A stretch of 32,000 nucleotides of DNA from Tepidanaerobacteraceae bacterium (GCA_030446005.1 JASUSP010000017.1:5013-37012), one strand, 5' to 3'. Positions 23,231 to 32,000 are shown, counted from the stretch's first letter. The notes: generated by a model from the sequence alone, not told the origin. Made by a program: numbers and translations.

Positions 23231-25176
23231 TACCCCGAATAGAAAAAGTTTTTTTCCTTTTTGCCGGCAGAAAATAGTTCGGCGTCCGTGTGAGGCAGAA
23301 AACAAGCCGCCGTAAATTCTTCCATGTAAGACGGGAAGGCGCTGAGTTCCACATATGTTATCGATTCAGCTATTTGTTTTGCTTTCTTCCTGGCGTCATC
23401 GCTTATAAGGCAAAGGTAAGCTCCTTTGAGGGAACTGTTGCCTATATAAATGAATTTTTCCTCTTCCAACACCGGCAGTAGGCCTATAGCTATTGAATTT
23501 TTTATATCAAGCTTTCTCCCTATACCACCAGCTATTATTATTTTCTCGATGTCCCTTGTATCCATAGCCAGGGTATTGAGCAGGGTTCTTATTCCTGCGT
23601 ACACCGCTCCCTTTGCTCTGATGAAGTTGTCCAGGTCGATTTCGTTTATTGTTATATCGCGCCCGTCTTCAGTTTCATCCTTAAAAGCTACAACGTATTC
23701 GTAAACTTCCAGATCTTTATCAAACCTTATCCTTTCGGACTTTAAATTCGCGTTTATCTTTCCCCTCGGGTCTATAATTCCGCTCAAAAACATGGCTGCT
23801 ATGAGGTCTATAAAGCCCGAACCGCATATTCCCCGGGGTTTGCCGCCTCCTATCACGCCGTAGGAGGGTTCAAACGTCCTTGCGTCTATCGTCACTTCAT
23901 CTATGGCCCCCCGCATAGCCCTCATGCCGCAGCTCATCTCTCCCCCTTCAAAAGCAGGACCTGCAGAACACGCGCAAGCCACCATAACTTCACGGTTTCC
24001 GAAAACCAGCTCGCCGTTGGTGCCAAGGTCAATAAAAAGCACCTTCTCATCGCTTTTCCAAATCCCAGCCGCCAGTACTCCCGCGACGATATCTCCTCCG
24101 ACATAACTTGCCACCCCCGGCACTATAAACACCGGCGCATCGGGATTTATACGAATTCCTACATCCCTAGCCTTAAGCGGCGGGTGGTTTCTGAATGCCG
24201 GTATATAAGGTTCCAGCCGTATGTTTTCCGCTTCCACCCCGAGAAGAAGATGGGCCATCGTGGTGTTTCCGGCAAAAACTCCGAAAACTATCTCTTCAGG
24301 ATTTAAGCCGCTTCTTGCAGTCATTTCTTCAACAAGACGGTTTATCGTGCCGTCGATGATTGCACGATTTAGAGTTGAAAGGCCACCTTCTCTTGTAGAA
24401 TAAATGATTCGACTGATGACGTCGGCCCCGTACTGAATCTGCAAATTGCCGGCACACGCCGACTCCTTTATTTTTCCCGTGTCGAGTTCCACCAGATTCG
24501 CCGCCACAGTAGTCGTCCCCACGTCAACGCTTATGCCGTAAAGGGGTTTATCCTCGTCAGAACCTCTAATATCTATTATCTCATATTCGTCCTTTTCTCC
24601 TTGCAGTACAACGTTTATTTCAAAACCATTCCGCCTGAGAGTTCCCGGCAGCTTCTTTAGCAAATCTAGAGAACACTTATAAGATGCAAAGCCTAGTCTT
24701 TTTTCAAGTCCCCTGCAAAGGCGTTCCCAGTCCGGGATGTTGTCGTCTAGCGTCGGAGGGGCTAAGTTGAGCTTTATTTTCTCAAACCCGCTTTTGATTG
24801 CCATCCCCGAAGCTTGCAGCATCCTTCGGGCCTTTTTTATCCATCCTTCTTCCTCTTCACCGGGAGTTAAATCCTCTACCAGCACATCGCTTGCTGCTTT
24901 AACTTCCTGAATTTCTACCACCATATCGCTCCGGACATACGTAAGGCACGCCAGGCATAAGCCTCTTTCATAATCTTCATCGGACAGCGCGGGAGATTTT
25001 TCATACGAATAATTCCCCTCGAGTATCTTTATGCGGCACTTCCCGCAGTGACCACTCCCGCCGCAGGGCGCGTCGATGAAAACTCCAGCCCTGCGGGCAG
25101 CTTCCAGTACAGTGGTACCTATTTTCACTTTTACGGTCCTGTTTTGAGGTTTGAACAATATGTTGCATCCATCCAT
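23227..25176 (-). CDS. acsV: Corrinoid activation/regeneration protein (RACo/AcsV): N-terminal [2Fe-2S] ferredoxin domain + ASKHA ATPase domain
   Basis: APCGGSGHCGKCRIKIL ... CLACLTYV (plant-type 2Fe-2S). DVGTTTVAANL and IDLGTNGELV (ASKHA phosphate motifs). ATG 25176 (AGGTGA RBS) is preferred over track start 25194. Confidence 0.85.
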   Translation of the reverse strand: MDGCNILFKPQNRTVKVKIGTTVLEAARRAGVFIDAPCGGSGHCGKCRIKILEGNYSYEKSPALSDEDYERGLCLACLTYVRSDMVVEIQEVKAASDVLVEDLTPGEEEEGWIKKARRMLQASGMAIKSGFEKIKLNLAPPTLDDNIPDWERLCRGLEKRLGFASYKCSLDLLKKLPGTLRRNGFEINVVLQGEKDEYEIIDIRGSDEDKPLYGISVDVGTTTVAANLVELDTGKIKESACAGNLQIQYGADVISRIIYSTREGGLSTLNRAIIDGTINRLVEEMTARSGLNPEEIVFGVFAGNTTMAHLLLGVEAENIRLEPYIPAFRNHPPLKARDVGIRINPDAPVFIVPGVASYVGGDIVAGVLAAGIWKSDEKVLFIDLGTNGELVFGNREVMVACACSAGPAFEGGEMSCGMRAMRGAIDEVTIDARTFEPSYGVIGGGKPRGICGSGFIDLIAAMFLSGIIDPRGKINANLKSERIRFDKDLEVYEYVVAFKDETEDGRDITINEIDLDNFIRAKGAVYAGIRTLLNTLAMDTRDIEKIIIAGGIGRKLDIKNSIAIGLLPVLEEEKFIYIGNSSLKGAYLCLISDDARKKAKQIAESITYVELSAFPSYMEEFTAACFLPHTDAELFSAGKKEKNFFYSGY

Positions 25177-25205
25177 GTTTTCACCTTTTCTCAAATTTAG
25201 AATAG

Positions 25206-25256
25206 CGCCGGGGACGGACCCTGATCGGCAGAATTTTACAGGGCCTTTCCCCGGCG
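25206..25256 (-). other. GC-rich extended hairpin in the gcvH-acsV intergenic spacer (candidate attenuator, partial terminator or mRNA stabiliser)
   Basis: Outer arms CGCCGGGGA / TCCCCGGCG (perfect 9 bp). Inner arms GGCCCTG / CAGGGTCC (one mismatch). Followed on the minus strand by CTATTCTAAATTTGAG. Confidence 0.4.
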
Positions 25257-25274
25257 GTTTACCTTTTTCACGGC

Positions 25275-25652
25275 TTACTTTAACAGCTCCGAGTATTCAA
25301 CAGCATCCATCAGCCCTTCCAGATCGGCCGGGTCGCACATTTTAACCTTAATCATCCATCCCTTTTCATAGGGGGATTCGTTGACAAGCTCCGGACTTTC
25401 GGCCAGAACTTCGTTTACCTCTACCACCTCTCCGCTCACAGGAGCATAGAGGTCTGATGCAACCTTACCAGATTCTATACTCCCGAAAACCTCATCCTTT
25501 TTGATTCTGTCGCCAACCTCCGGAAGGTCCACGAATAGGACCTCCCCCAATTTTTCTTGGGCGTAATCGGTAATGCCGACAACGGCAATATCCCCTTCTA
25601 CCCTTGCCCAGGTGTGTTCCTTATGGTACCTGATGTCGGATGGTAAATTCAT
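25275..25652 (-). CDS. gcvH: Glycine cleavage system H-type lipoyl carrier protein
   Basis: YHKEHTWARVEGD..VGITDYAQEKLGEVLFVDLPEVG, with lipoyl-lysine context GSIESGKVASDLYAPVSGEV. ATG 25652 with GGAGG 8 nt upstream is preferred over track start 25667. Confidence 0.9.
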   Translation of the reverse strand: MNLPSDIRYHKEHTWARVEGDIAVVGITDYAQEKLGEVLFVDLPEVGDRIKKDEVFGSIESGKVASDLYAPVSGEVVEVNEVLAESPELVNESPYEKGWMIKVKMCDPADLEGLMDAVEYSELLK

Positions 25653-25668
25653 AGCCAAAACCTCCAAT

Positions 25669-27792
25669 CTACATAATTGGGTCCATAGTTAAAGCAGGAT
25701 GACCTACTTTGTTCAAGAATTCTACTACCGAATCGGGGTCGGTTCCCACGGTTTCGTCTGCTATCATATCGGCGAAATTTTCAAAACCTATTTCCTTGCC
25801 CCTTTGATTCAACTTTTCTCTTAAGGCCTCTTTCAATTCCTTCGGCATCCAAACCAGCCTCTTTATTCCGCCTTCTGCCAGGAGGAATTTCCTGCTGGTT
25901 ATATACTGCCTGCCCATACCCATAAAACCGGGGGTCTGGACGCCTCCTCCGGTGGTGGACGCCAATTCGCCGAAGGTCATGCCGAGGGGAGTCATTCCCG
26001 CATATTCCCTGTTTACTATTATCACGCCGTTGGCTTCGGGCATTACTCCGCATATACACTCGAAACAACCGCAGGAAGTCATAGGATTTTCCATAATCGA
26101 ATAGATATTCACTTCTTTAGTGGCTCCGTGGGAAAGTTCCTGCACCGCCTTATTTATCGAATCCCAGGAACCCTTTATCTCGTCCTTACACTCTCCCTTT
26201 ACAATTGGCTGGCACGGGCCTGTAGGATTGATTTCTTTTGTGGCCTTGGCGTCAAGCCAGCTTACAGCACCGCAGAGCCCCAATCTTTCCGGCGTCACTA
26301 TACATACGTGTGCAGGTGCGAAGGACTGGCACAAAAGACAGGAGTAGAAGGTGTCCACGCTTTCATCGGTAAGTCCTGCGAGTCTTGCATCCCTGGCTTC
26401 GTATTTCGGCCTTGCAATTTCTTCGGCAAGTTTTATTACCTTTTCTTTGTCCGTGTAAATCTTGACCTGTACCTTATCAATAATGTTGCCAAACTCATCC
26501 AACATCTTGGCGTACAGCGCCTCTCCTATGTGGTGCAGCCTGAAACCGGCTTCGTACGTTGATTTGCTGATTCTAAGCCACATTATATCCCTCTGCCCTA
26601 TATGCATTACGCCCTCTATATAGTTTAGGAAGTAATGTATCCGGCGCTCGATAACGGGTTCGAAATCTTCCTGCATGTTTTTGCCCGCAACTTCCACCAG
26701 AATCGCTAAAGGCAGCTTTCCGCCTTCGGGGGCGAGGGTATCTATGTCTGGACCTATCACCTCTATCCTATGATCCTCCACATCCGCCATATCCCGCATC
26801 CTTACCAGTTCCCAGGCAGGAGTTCTTCCACCGCCGAATTCTGCGAACATATCTTCTTTCCTTACTCTCTCTCCTTCAAAGGCAGCCGCAAATCCTACGG
26901 GTATAGGCACTTCGGTTATTTTTATCTTTATGCCCCGGGCCTCCAGAGAAGTGGGCACTATTTTGTCGTATTCCTTTTGCACTATAAGGTAATGGGGCAC
27001 TTCCTGCACATCCTGGTCGGTAATCACTGGAAATCCGAGGGCTATGGCACCTGCACCGGCGGATACGACAAGTTCGCTCAAGCTCCCCAGGGCGTTTACG
27101 AAAGCCGGCACTCTTTCTCTGGTGTACTTTAATAGTTCCTCCAGATTGCCGGCAGGTACCGCGCCGAATATGAGGGCCGCCCTTATTGCAACAGTCACCA
27201 CGTGGATTACGGAAGTCACATCATACCCCAGGGGCACAACGCGGAGTTCAAGCCCCATTTTTACTTTGGCCTCCAAGGCCTGGTCGATTATTTTCCCAAC
27301 CAAGAAAACGAGAAGACCTTTGTTCTGGTAATCTTTAATGACTTTAGCCGCTTCTTGTGCAGAAGGTGCTTCACCAATTACAACCGCTACACCCGGTATA
27401 TCTCCGGTGACCAGCGGCACGCCCAGGGAACGGATTACCGCATCGGAAATGAACCCGACGCATGGCTCGCTGTAAGGTTTTTCTTCCACGGCATATTTGC
27501 ACGCCTCAATTATTTCCGCAGAAAGCGCCGTAGCAAGCCCGGCGTTCAAAGCTTTTTCCAGGTTTTGTTCGGGCACTATCAGGCTTTCGACGATGGAAAG
27601 GGCATCCCGGAGTTCGCCCAGAGTTCCTATCTTTTTTCCGGTCGCCGCATATATGGCAGGAAGGCCGTATGCAGTCTCGGGAAATGCCACCTTGGCGTCG
27701 CTTCCCTTTTTCTCGATTGCTGCTGCGACAGCAGCCTTCGCGGCTTCAAGGGCCTGGTTAGACCCTTTAAAAATGATGTCAAAAAGCGCCAT
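25669..27792 (-). CDS. acsB: CO-methylating acetyl-CoA synthase catalytic subunit (ACS, A-cluster subunit)
   Basis: ~707 aa. A-cluster motif SCGCFEC. CLLCQSFAPAHVCIVTPERLGLCGA. ATG 27792 (MALFDIIFKG) with AGGAG 8 nt upstream is preferred over track start 27828. Confidence 0.9.
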   Translation of the reverse strand: MALFDIIFKGSNQALEAAKAAVAAAIEKKGSDAKVAFPETAYGLPAIYAATGKKIGTLGELRDALSIVESLIVPEQNLEKALNAGLATALSAEIIEACKYAVEEKPYSEPCVGFISDAVIRSLGVPLVTGDIPGVAVVIGEAPSAQEAAKVIKDYQNKGLLVFLVGKIIDQALEAKVKMGLELRVVPLGYDVTSVIHVVTVAIRAALIFGAVPAGNLEELLKYTRERVPAFVNALGSLSELVVSAGAGAIALGFPVITDQDVQEVPHYLIVQKEYDKIVPTSLEARGIKIKITEVPIPVGFAAAFEGERVRKEDMFAEFGGGRTPAWELVRMRDMADVEDHRIEVIGPDIDTLAPEGGKLPLAILVEVAGKNMQEDFEPVIERRIHYFLNYIEGVMHIGQRDIMWLRISKSTYEAGFRLHHIGEALYAKMLDEFGNIIDKVQVKIYTDKEKVIKLAEEIARPKYEARDARLAGLTDESVDTFYSCLLCQSFAPAHVCIVTPERLGLCGAVSWLDAKATKEINPTGPCQPIVKGECKDEIKGSWDSINKAVQELSHGATKEVNIYSIMENPMTSCGCFECICGVMPEANGVIIVNREYAGMTPLGMTFGELASTTGGGVQTPGFMGMGRQYITSRKFLLAEGGIKRLVWMPKELKEALREKLNQRGKEIGFENFADMIADETVGTDPDSVVEFLNKVGHPALTMDPIM

Positions 27793-27817
27793 AATGACCA
27801 CTCCTTTCGTTTCTTTT

Positions 27818-28603
27818 CTATAAATCAAGATAAGAATCGCAGTACAGGTTCCATCCCTTTATAACTTCGGCCGTTTTAATAACATCCATCAATAATTTGT
27901 TTAGAGGGTTGATGATGGCGGAACTCAACCCGCACTGAATTGCCATCGAGCAAAATACCGCCTCGATAAGGCCCCTTATCTCTTTGGGGCATCCGTTGGA
28001 TACATTGCTCAAACCGCCGGTGGTCTTCAGCCCCATTTCCGAAATCTGCCTTACGGCATCGAGCACTTCCTGCTGCTTTTCCTGCATTCCCTTTACCACG
28101 ACGAACAGAGGGTCAAATAGTATATCTTCGGGATTCAATCCAACCGCTATCGCCTTATCGAGAATTTCGGTACAGTAAGCTATGCGCTCTTCGTTATCCC
28201 TCGGTATGCCTTCCTTGGCGCACAATCCTATTACCATCGCACCGTATTCGGCAGCCACTTCCAGCATGCCAATCCTCGAGCCGGCGTCGGCTGAATTTAT
28301 AATTGCCTTGCCGGGTTTCGGGTCGTACACCTTGAGTCCTGCCTCGATGGCCTTGGTATTTGCGGTATCAAGGCAAAGCGGCGTATTTGGAAATTCGCTC
28401 TGCAGGAGCTTCACTACCCACGGCATGAGTTCCTCCCCGTCTTTCTCGGCAGGCCCTATGTTGACATCCAGGTAATGAGCTCCGGCTTCAATTTGCTCCC
28501 TAGCCCTTGCTATTATGGGCTCGGGGTCCCTTTCCTGGAGGGCCTTCCTTATCACTGGGGAAATGACGTGAATCCTCTCGCCTATCGTAAGAAATCTTGC
28601 CAT
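27818..28603 (-). CDS. acsE: Methyltetrahydrofolate:corrinoid/iron-sulfur protein Co-methyltransferase
   Basis: 261 aa pterin-binding TIM barrel. IGERIH, YLDVNIGPA, LCLDT, GGLSNVSNGCP, YCDSY all parallel the Moorella MeTr sequence as I recall it. Confidence 0.9.
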   Translation of the reverse strand: MARFLTIGERIHVISPVIRKALQERDPEPIIARAREQIEAGAHYLDVNIGPAEKDGEELMPWVVKLLQSEFPNTPLCLDTANTKAIEAGLKVYDPKPGKAIINSADAGSRIGMLEVAAEYGAMVIGLCAKEGIPRDNEERIAYCTEILDKAIAVGLNPEDILFDPLFVVVKGMQEKQQEVLDAVRQISEMGLKTTGGLSNVSNGCPKEIRGLIEAVFCSMAIQCGLSSAIINPLNKLLMDVIKTAEVIKGWNLYCDSYLDL

Positions 28604-28621
28604 ACCTACACCTCCGCTAAT

Positions 28622-29983
28622 TTAGGACACCTTTTTGTCCGCATAATCTCTGAGGAACTTGGGCAGCAATGCCGCTTCATCCGGGCCAACCACCACTTTC
28701 CAGCCGGGCAGTTCGTCTTCGATGTCGGCTTTCAGCACCGCCACCTTTCCCGGTATTACAATCTCCCTGGTCTTCAGTTTCTCTTCTACGGCAAAATCTT
28801 TTACAGCTTTTGCTATTGACTTGCCGCTGAGTTTGCCAGAAGCCCAGGCGGTAAGCACCGAATATCCGCCGGCATCTGGAATCAGCATCCAGCTAGGTAT
28901 TTTTGACCTTTCAACTTCGCCAGACACAATAAAATACGTAAGTGCAAAGTCAACGGTGACAAGAAGCGGCGAATTTTCATCGGCGGAACCTATCTTGTAA
29001 AGGCCCTGCTCGACCTTCATCGGCCTTTGCGGATCGGTATAGATGTTTTGCCTCAACGCAAAAAGCGGTAAGGCCAGGGAATAATCAATATCATCCAGCA
29101 CTATCACTGATGCGTATTTTTCAACAAACAGCGTGGCCATCGCAAGCTGCATCATTTTATCCTTCGAAAGCAAATTTACGAAAACCAATGTTGGATAACC
29201 TAAGGTTCTGTCCTGGGACAGCAAAGCAGTTCGCCTTATATTGACCACGTCATCGAAAGTTTGCTTCAACGTGCCGCTTTCGGTGCTAAGCAGTAATTCA
29301 CGGTAACCCAGGTTCTGGATTTTCTGAACAAGATTGTAGAGCTTTTCCTGGTCGGGTGCTGTAACGCCAAGCAAAAGGCCGTGTTGCTTCGCCAGTTCGA
29401 CCATAGCTTCGCAGTTTTGTTCATCGGCGCCGAACAGAATCGGGCCTGACTCCTTACATTCTTCAACGGCTGCCCTTGCAATTTCCGGGTCGGACGTTAT
29501 TATCATGGGGACAGCCTTCTTGCAACCATCCTTGACTTTCTTTATAAGGGAAAGAAAGGTGTCTTTATTACCGCTTTCGCACTTCAAGGCCGCTATTTCG
29601 ACGTACATTTCTTCGTTAATCCTGACGTAATTTACCTTGTTCATGCGAGCTATTTTACCCTGTATTTCCTCTTCGCTCATGGCATCGGAGAATAAAACGG
29701 CAAACCTGGGCCTATTGACGAAGGTTTTTTCGTGTCTGAAGAGGACCGTCTCTCCTCCAAGGTTATAGCACTTATCGCCCGCGCCGAATTTTACGGTCCT
29801 CATCGGAGGAGCTGTTGCTTCCGAAAGTCTTGCCTTAGCATCATCGGACATGTAGGGGCACTTCCCTGCCTCAACAGCCCCTTGAGCCAGCTTCATCGCA
29901 AAAGCAAGACATGTAGGAAAACCGCATTCTTTACAATTTTTCTTAGGCAATAGCTTGTATATATCCATTCCGGTCAAAGCCAT
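28622..29983 (-). CDS. acsC: Corrinoid/iron-sulfur protein large subunit (CFeSP gamma)
   Basis: MALTGMDIYKLLPKKNCKECGFPTCLAFAMKLAQG..CPY is the N-terminal [4Fe-4S] motif. ATG 29983 is preferred (GGGAGAG RBS). Confidence 0.9.
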   Translation of the reverse strand: MALTGMDIYKLLPKKNCKECGFPTCLAFAMKLAQGAVEAGKCPYMSDDAKARLSEATAPPMRTVKFGAGDKCYNLGGETVLFRHEKTFVNRPRFAVLFSDAMSEEEIQGKIARMNKVNYVRINEEMYVEIAALKCESGNKDTFLSLIKKVKDGCKKAVPMIITSDPEIARAAVEECKESGPILFGADEQNCEAMVELAKQHGLLLGVTAPDQEKLYNLVQKIQNLGYRELLLSTESGTLKQTFDDVVNIRRTALLSQDRTLGYPTLVFVNLLSKDKMMQLAMATLFVEKYASVIVLDDIDYSLALPLFALRQNIYTDPQRPMKVEQGLYKIGSADENSPLLVTVDFALTYFIVSGEVERSKIPSWMLIPDAGGYSVLTAWASGKLSGKSIAKAVKDFAVEEKLKTREIVIPGKVAVLKADIEDELPGWKVVVGPDEAALLPKFLRDYADKKVS

Positions 29984-30007
29984 CTTCAATCTCTCCCTTT
30001 TTGTTTT

Positions 30008-30943
30008 CTAAATCAAGCAATTGATGAATTCCCTGAGAACTTGCAGGGACCTCGGATGCCTCAAAATCACTGCATTGGCCCCCGCTACAAGAACACCCAC
30101 AGCTGTAGAAATTTCAACGGCAATTCCTCTTTCTTCCTGATTGCCCCATTCGGGGACGTCGTCCTCCGTAGCCACAGATTCCTTTACCTTCCAGGTTTCG
30201 AAGGAGACCGGCATAATTATCGGCATCTGAAGGGTGGTGTCGTTCTGGTCCAGGGCGGCGAGCCTTATCCTGTCCAGGGTTGTTACCACGTACTCGAATC
30301 CGTACCCCACCGCGGAACATCCTGGATTCATCAGCATCTTTTCGGGTTTCACCCCTAGCTGCATTAAAAGAATGTTGAGCTGTTTTGCCAGGTTAAGGTC
30401 CACCGAAGACTCCGCCACCACTATGTTGCCGTACGCCAGACCTACCGCCGCGCCTACTTCCTTGTAATTGCCCTCCACCGCCGAAAGAAAGGCAATATTT
30501 TTTTCAGGGAGCGCTTCCGCAACCTTAGTAAATATTTTTCCGTTTTTCTCGTTGGAGTCGCATCCCGCTATTACAAGAGGAAGATTTACAGCTTCAGCTA
30601 CTTCTTTTGCAACTAAAGCGCATTCCTCAGGGCTTTTATCGCCCGCGTCCTGGTTCGCTCCGACTAATCTCAGGCAAATAAAGTCAGGGCTGTATTTTTC
30701 CTCCACGTACTTTGCCCATTCTGCGGGCTTTCGGGCCTTGTCGCCCAGCTCGTTTACGATTGTCGCAGGCCAGCTTTCGGGGTATACATCCCAAATCTCC
30801 ATACCTAACGCGGGTTTATGACCAGTATCTCCGTCAAAACTATAAAAAGGAAGTACCGATTCACCTCCCAGCTTCAAGTTCTCCCCCAAGGTCACTTCCC
30901 TTATCTTACCTGTAAACTTTTGAACTGGTTTTTTGTACGCCAT
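30008..30943 (-). CDS. acsD: Corrinoid/iron-sulfur protein small subunit (CFeSP delta)
   Basis: 311 aa TIM-barrel protein between cooC and acsC. LGGESVLPFYSFDG and the overall pattern are typical of AcsD. Confidence 0.85.
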   Translation of the reverse strand: MAYKKPVQKFTGKIREVTLGENLKLGGESVLPFYSFDGDTGHKPALGMEIWDVYPESWPATIVNELGDKARKPAEWAKYVEEKYSPDFICLRLVGANQDAGDKSPEECALVAKEVAEAVNLPLVIAGCDSNEKNGKIFTKVAEALPEKNIAFLSAVEGNYKEVGAAVGLAYGNIVVAESSVDLNLAKQLNILLMQLGVKPEKMLMNPGCSAVGYGFEYVVTTLDRIRLAALDQNDTTLQMPIIMPVSFETWKVKESVATEDDVPEWGNQEERGIAVEISTAVGVLVAGANAVILRHPRSLQVLREFINCLI

Positions 30944-30959
30944 GCCATTCGCCTCCGTT

Positions 30960-31757
30960 TTAGGCCATCAGGGCCTTTTTTCTCGTTTCGATTCTGGGAA
31001 GAAGGATATTGTCGAGGATTTCACGGTAAGCCGATAAAGCTTTATTTCCTCTGGATATCTTCACAAGAGGTATTCCCCTGTTGTCGAAATCGAAGATCTC
31101 TTCATCAAGAGGAACAGTTCCGGCAAGAGAAAGATTATAGCGTTTTACTGCATCCAAAATTTCCTCAGTAAGTCCTTTTTCTGGAACTCGGTTTATTATC
31201 AGAAAAAGCTCGCCAACATCGAGTTTTAGTTCTTCTATGAGGCCTTTGATTCTATAAGCAGCTTCCACACCTCTTTTCGAGCATTCGCTGACCGCAAACA
31301 TGAGGTCAACTTTTCTTGTCGTGCCCCTGCTCAAATGTTCCAGGCCCGCTTCGTTATCTATCACAATAAAATCGTAGGAATTAGAAAGTCTGTCGGTAGC
31401 TTCCCTCAGCACGCCATTGGCGAAACAGTAACACCCCCTCCCTTCCGGCCTCCCCATAACGAGAAGGTCGTACCCCCTTGCCTCCACAATGGCCTGCTGC
31501 AGCCGGAAATTCATATATTCGGCCCTCGTCATTCCTCCGGGGAAAATTCCCTCTTGATTGTTTTTAACTTCTTCTTTTATATCGCCAAGCGTAGATTCCA
31601 CTTCGACACCAAGGACCGAATTTAGATTGGAGTTAGGGTCTGCGTCCACCGCCAGCACAGTGCCCAGTTTTTTTTCAACCAGGTAAGCTACGGTAAATCC
31701 AGCCAGTGTTGTCTTTCCGGTACCTCCCTTACCCGCAAATCCTATGGTGTAAGCCAT
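30960..31757 (-). CDS. cooC: CooC/AcsF-type nickel-insertion accessory ATPase
   Basis: Deviant Walker A GKGGTGKTT, CXC nickel motif GRGCYCF, MinD/ParA-like fold. ATG 31757 (MAYTIGFAG) is preferred over track start 31766. Confidence 0.85.
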   Translation of the reverse strand: MAYTIGFAGKGGTGKTTLAGFTVAYLVEKKLGTVLAVDADPNSNLNSVLGVEVESTLGDIKEEVKNNQEGIFPGGMTRAEYMNFRLQQAIVEARGYDLLVMGRPEGRGCYCFANGVLREATDRLSNSYDFIVIDNEAGLEHLSRGTTRKVDLMFAVSECSKRGVEAAYRIKGLIEELKLDVGELFLIINRVPEKGLTEEILDAVKRYNLSLAGTVPLDEEIFDFDNRGIPLVKISRGNKALSAYREILDNILLPRIETRKKALMA

Positions 31758-31772
31758 GACAACCATCTCCCA

Positions 31773-32000
31773 TCATGCGCTGTGTATTGACATGCCGTGC
31801 ACATCGTGCAGGGCTTCCATGACCGCCTCGCTGAAAGTCGGGTGCGAGTGGATAATTTTGCTCAATTCTTTTACAGGAATTCCAGAGCTTATGGCCGGTA
31901 TTATCTCGTGCACCAGGTCCGTGGCGTTCGGACCCATAATTGCTGCGCCCAGGATTTTATCCGTGTCCTCGTCGGCGATTATCTTGGCAAAGCCGGTTAT
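31773..32000 (-). CDS. lpdA: Dihydrolipoyl dehydrogenase-like flavoprotein, C-terminal 75 aa (5' end outside window). Not in the ORF track because no Met lies in the window.
   Basis: My minus-strand translation is ITGFAKIIADEDTDKILGAAIMGPNATDLVHEIIPAISSGIPVKELSKIIHSHPTFSEAVMEALHDVHGMSIHSA*. It contains the dimerisation-domain signature HxHPTxSE. Confidence 0.75.
   Translation of the reverse strand: MTGFAKIIADEDTDKILGAAIMGPNATDLVHEIIPAISSGIPVKELSKIIHSHPTFSEAVMEALHDVHGMSIHSA

Noticed and set aside
27202-27864. 220-aa plus-strand ORF, plus others at 26128-26562, 26770-27132 and 27497-27823, antisense to acsB
   Set aside because: They lie entirely inside the strongly recognisable acsB coding sequence on the opposite strand. 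Their products are low-complexity and Arg/Ser/Phe-rich with no motifs. Long antisense ORFs are expected in this locally GC-richer region.
23227-32000. Apparently higher GC content of the acs cluster compared with the 5-20 kb region, as a sign of horizontal transfer
   Set aside because: Hand counts of a few 60-nt lines gave roughly 43-58% in acs genes and 33-37% in transporter and regulator genes. However, a pxpB line on the left side also gave ~60%. The heterogeneity tracks conserved soluble enzymes versus AT-rich membrane and regulatory genes. It needs a proper sliding-window GC and codon-usage calculation before any claim.
1-32000. CRISPR arrays, toxin-antitoxin pairs, restriction-modification or other phage-defence gene signatures
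   Set aside because: By eye, no spaced direct-repeat array is visible. Every ORF of meaningful size is explained by metabolic, transport, regulatory, tRNA-modification or sporulation functions. The only direct repeat found is the 2 x 17 bp duplication at 15755-15788.

Overview
This looks like a chromosomal segment from a low-GC, Gram-positive-type anaerobe. GGAGG-type Shine-Dalgarno sites precede most genes, CotF spore-coat genes are present, and there is a Wood-Ljungdahl cluster, so it is probably a spore-forming, possibly thermophilic, acetogenic or CO-utilising member of the Clostridia. No species is called. All homology calls come from reading the supplied translations and recognising motifs; no database search was run.

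Layout, left to right:
1. 1-1262: the 3' part of an IS30-family element abuts a NodB-type polysaccharide-deacetylase pseudogene that carries several frameshifts.
2. 1.4-13.6 kb: a 5-oxoproline (pyroglutamate) island. It holds a DUF1445/YcsI-like hydro-lyase plus pxpC-pxpB-pxpA on the minus strand, then an SSS symporter whose 3' end overlaps a HAMP-PAS histidine kinase. Next come an Nramp-fold transporter lacking the canonical metal ligands, an NtrC-type sigma-54 activator, a Crp/Fnr regulator, and pcp-DUF979-DUF969 (the DUF969 gene looks 5'-truncated). Two near-identical -24/-12 promoter motifs sit upstream of pxpA and of the Nramp-like gene.
3. 13.6-22.8 kb: housekeeping genes. These are a Na/Pi-PhoU transporter, a zinc-ribbon miniprotein, a ZIP transporter, a B12-binding radical SAM protein (DUF4080), thiI, a cysteine desulfurase, a ModE-like HTH protein, two CotF-like genes and queG.
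4. 22.8-23.2 kb: a 5S rRNA / tRNA-Asn / tRNA-Leu unit with its own consensus promoter and no 16S or 23S gene beside it.
5. 23.2-32 kb: a clostridial-type Wood-Ljungdahl cluster, lpdA (partial)-cooC-acsD-acsC-acsE-acsB-gcvH-acsV.

I found no CRISPR array and no recognisable phage-defence system. The best candidate for an undescribed system is the 5-oxoproline module under sigma-54 and two-component control, with its separate transporter and kinase genes and its atypical Nramp-fold transporter.
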